A stretch of 64,000 nucleotides of DNA from the NCBI GenBank assembly GCA_038087875.1, contig CM075993.1, positions 11,844,001-11,908,000 of the forward strand. The letters are read 5' to 3'. This stretch comes from Malacoraja senta. Its lineage: Eukaryota. Below are positions 61,846-64,000 of this stretch, piece after piece (the first letter of the stretch is position 1; the number at the start of each line of letters is the position of its first letter). Under the pieces are notes generated by a model. The model did no database searches and was not told the origin of the DNA. It saw nothing but the letters and a program-made list of their open reading frames with translations. The translations under genes and the position numbers were made by a program.

Positions 61846-64000
61846 AAGCTAATGGCATGTTGGCCTTCATAACAAGAGGAGTTGAGTATAGGAGCAAAGA
61901 GGTCTTTCTGCAGTTGTACAGGGCCCTAGTGAGACCACACCTGGAGTATTGTGTGCAGTTTCGGTTTCCAAATTTGAGGAAGGACATTCTTGCTATTGAG
62001 GGAGTGCAGCGTAGGTTCACGAGGTTAATTCACGGGATGGCGGAGAAATGTGATCTGTGGAATTCCCTGCCTCAGAAGGCAGTGGAGGCCAATTCTCTGG
62101 ATGCTTTTAAGAGAGAGTTAGATAGATCTCTGAAAGATAGCGGAGTCAGGGGATATGGGGAGAAGGCAGGAACGGGATATTGAATGTGGATGATCAGCCA
62201 TGATCACAGTGAATGGTGGTGTTGGTTCGAAGGGCCGAATGGCCTACTCCTGCCCCTATTGTCTTACCTTACACTAAACGTTATTCCCTTATCATGCACA
62301 GGTATCTATACACTGTAAATGGCTCGATTGTAATAATGTATTGTCTTTCTGCTGACTGGTTAGCACGCAACAAAAGCTTTTCACTGTACATGTGCCAATA
62401 AATAAAACTGAACTAATCTAGCACTGAACTACTGCTGAAAGCTTTACAAGCTGTCAAGTAATGCCTGCTTGATTCCAAAAGAGAGACTCAGAAGTAATAC
62501 CTTCCATGGGAGGAAACAAGGGAAGTTAACAACCCGATTAGAACACACAATCTGGGAGCTGATTGTGGTCCAATGCATGACGTTACGAGAGATGCTACAC
62601 AGAATATGACCATTCTGATGATCAGTGTTTAGCAGATAAATCCAAATCAATACTTGCATCAAGCAATTTCATCAGCTACGATCATTTACCTTTTTACTTG
62701 AAGAATGTCTACTCTAACCCTAGGATTTCACCCATAACCACAACAGTCCTGTTGGTCCTAATTTCTCTTCCTACTCACTGATAATTTTAAACTTATGACT
62801 TTCTAATGATTACCTCCCAAACCTCTCGCAATAATCACTGTATTTTCATAATCTGGGTGTGTCCACACTCTATATACCTGTGGTTTCAATATCTTCAGAG
62901 GTTTACATTCAGAATTCTATTGCCTGCATCTTCATGACAATTCCAGTTATGATTTTTTCAAGTATTTTTAAATCAACAATGCACATTCATATAATACCAC
63001 TAACTGTGAGTTCCTGTACCTTGCATGGTAATAGAGCCGAGAAAAACTTGACATCTGATCCAAAGCAATGGAATGGAATGTGTAGATTCCATTCCAAAGG
63101 AACTGCAGATGCTGGTTTACGCCGAAGATAGACACAAAGTGCTGGAGTAACTCAGCGGGACAGGCAGCATCTCTGGAGAAAAGGAATAGGCGACCCTTCA
63201 TCAGACGGTTGAAAGGTCTCGCCTCGAAGCGTGACTGGAATGGAATGAGTGGCATTAAGGGGTTGTGTTGAAGCAAGTGAGGAGACACACTTAGGGAAGT
63301 AGTTCCCGAGGGAAGGCACGGCTGCCAATGGTGGAAATTAATGAGATGAGGGAAGCAAATGTCGGAATTTGGAAAGTACTTGGAGAGCTCCCAGCCAGAA
63401 GCAAGTCCCAGATAATGAGGGGCAAAGCATTGGTGGCATTGGGAACATGAGAACAAAATATGGAAATTGGAAAAATTGCTGTACCAGACAACAATGCAGA
63501 TAAGCTGGGACAAAGGTGATGAAGATAAAGGCAGCAGCATCTGGATGTGCTCACATTGGGGCTGAAGATGGAGAACGAGGAGCAACTCGAAAAGCATTTA
63601 AATTGTGAGGTTAGGAAGCAACAAATAGAGGGTTCTAGCTGCAAAATGTGCAGAGATCAGGGGCAGAAATGGGTAATATTTTGGAAGTGTTTGAACAGAG
63701 AGGATATGGGGACAGTTGCTTGGCTTATGGTCAAAAAAGTCTCCCAGATTGTGAACCGTCTGAACCAAATTGCAGTCATGGGCAAGGAACAGGCATCTTA
63801 GTCAACAACAATTTTAAAGAAATTGTGACTCTTGGTAGACTGGAGGACAGACAATCAGTCAGAAAAAACAAAGACCGTTGAAGGTAGAAACCGGTGGTCG
63901 TCAGGGTAGAGGTGGTTGTGGCTGGTATATAATCAATATACATTTTATTATATACAGTAGACACAAAAAGCTGGAGTAACTCAGCGGGACAGGCAACAGC

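Noticed and set aside
62968..63597. 209-aa ORF or the expected upstream VPS13C exon
   Set aside because: Crosses a PLE-derived repeat and old LINE-like sequence; no VPS13 motif (GCIQIVY/HKF) found in 62300-64000.

Overview
Vertebrate genomic DNA, most likely from a cartilaginous fish (skate/ray-like; inferred from the HE1/V-SINE-type SINEs, CR1 LINEs and Penelope repeats). The whole window lies inside one large minus-strand gene, VPS13C. I traced 15 internal coding exons with GT/AG boundaries between 4512 and 51214; splice phases are continuous except at one junction (44895 to 37456). The introns are mostly transposons: a near-intact young CR1 LINE, a full-length Rex1/Babar-like LINE nested in a CR1, an IR-DR Tc1 element, Harbinger-like MITEs, a DNA element with a 5-bp TSD, two probable solo LTRs, V-SINEs and Penelope-like (PLE) fragments. 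The most interesting signal is a very abundant family of short PLE-derived units carrying a minimal type I hammerhead ribozyme motif (CTGAAGA-A-GGGTC-nn-GACCC-GAAA-CG-TC). They occur as about 95-bp TSD-flanked monomers and as fold-back pairs; one insertion duplicated a VPS13C splice donor. A 3.8-kb tandem duplication around a 200-N gap, which includes part of an exon, is probably an assembly artefact. Most short ORFs in the track are repeat-derived or spurious. Family assignments come from recognition, not database searches.
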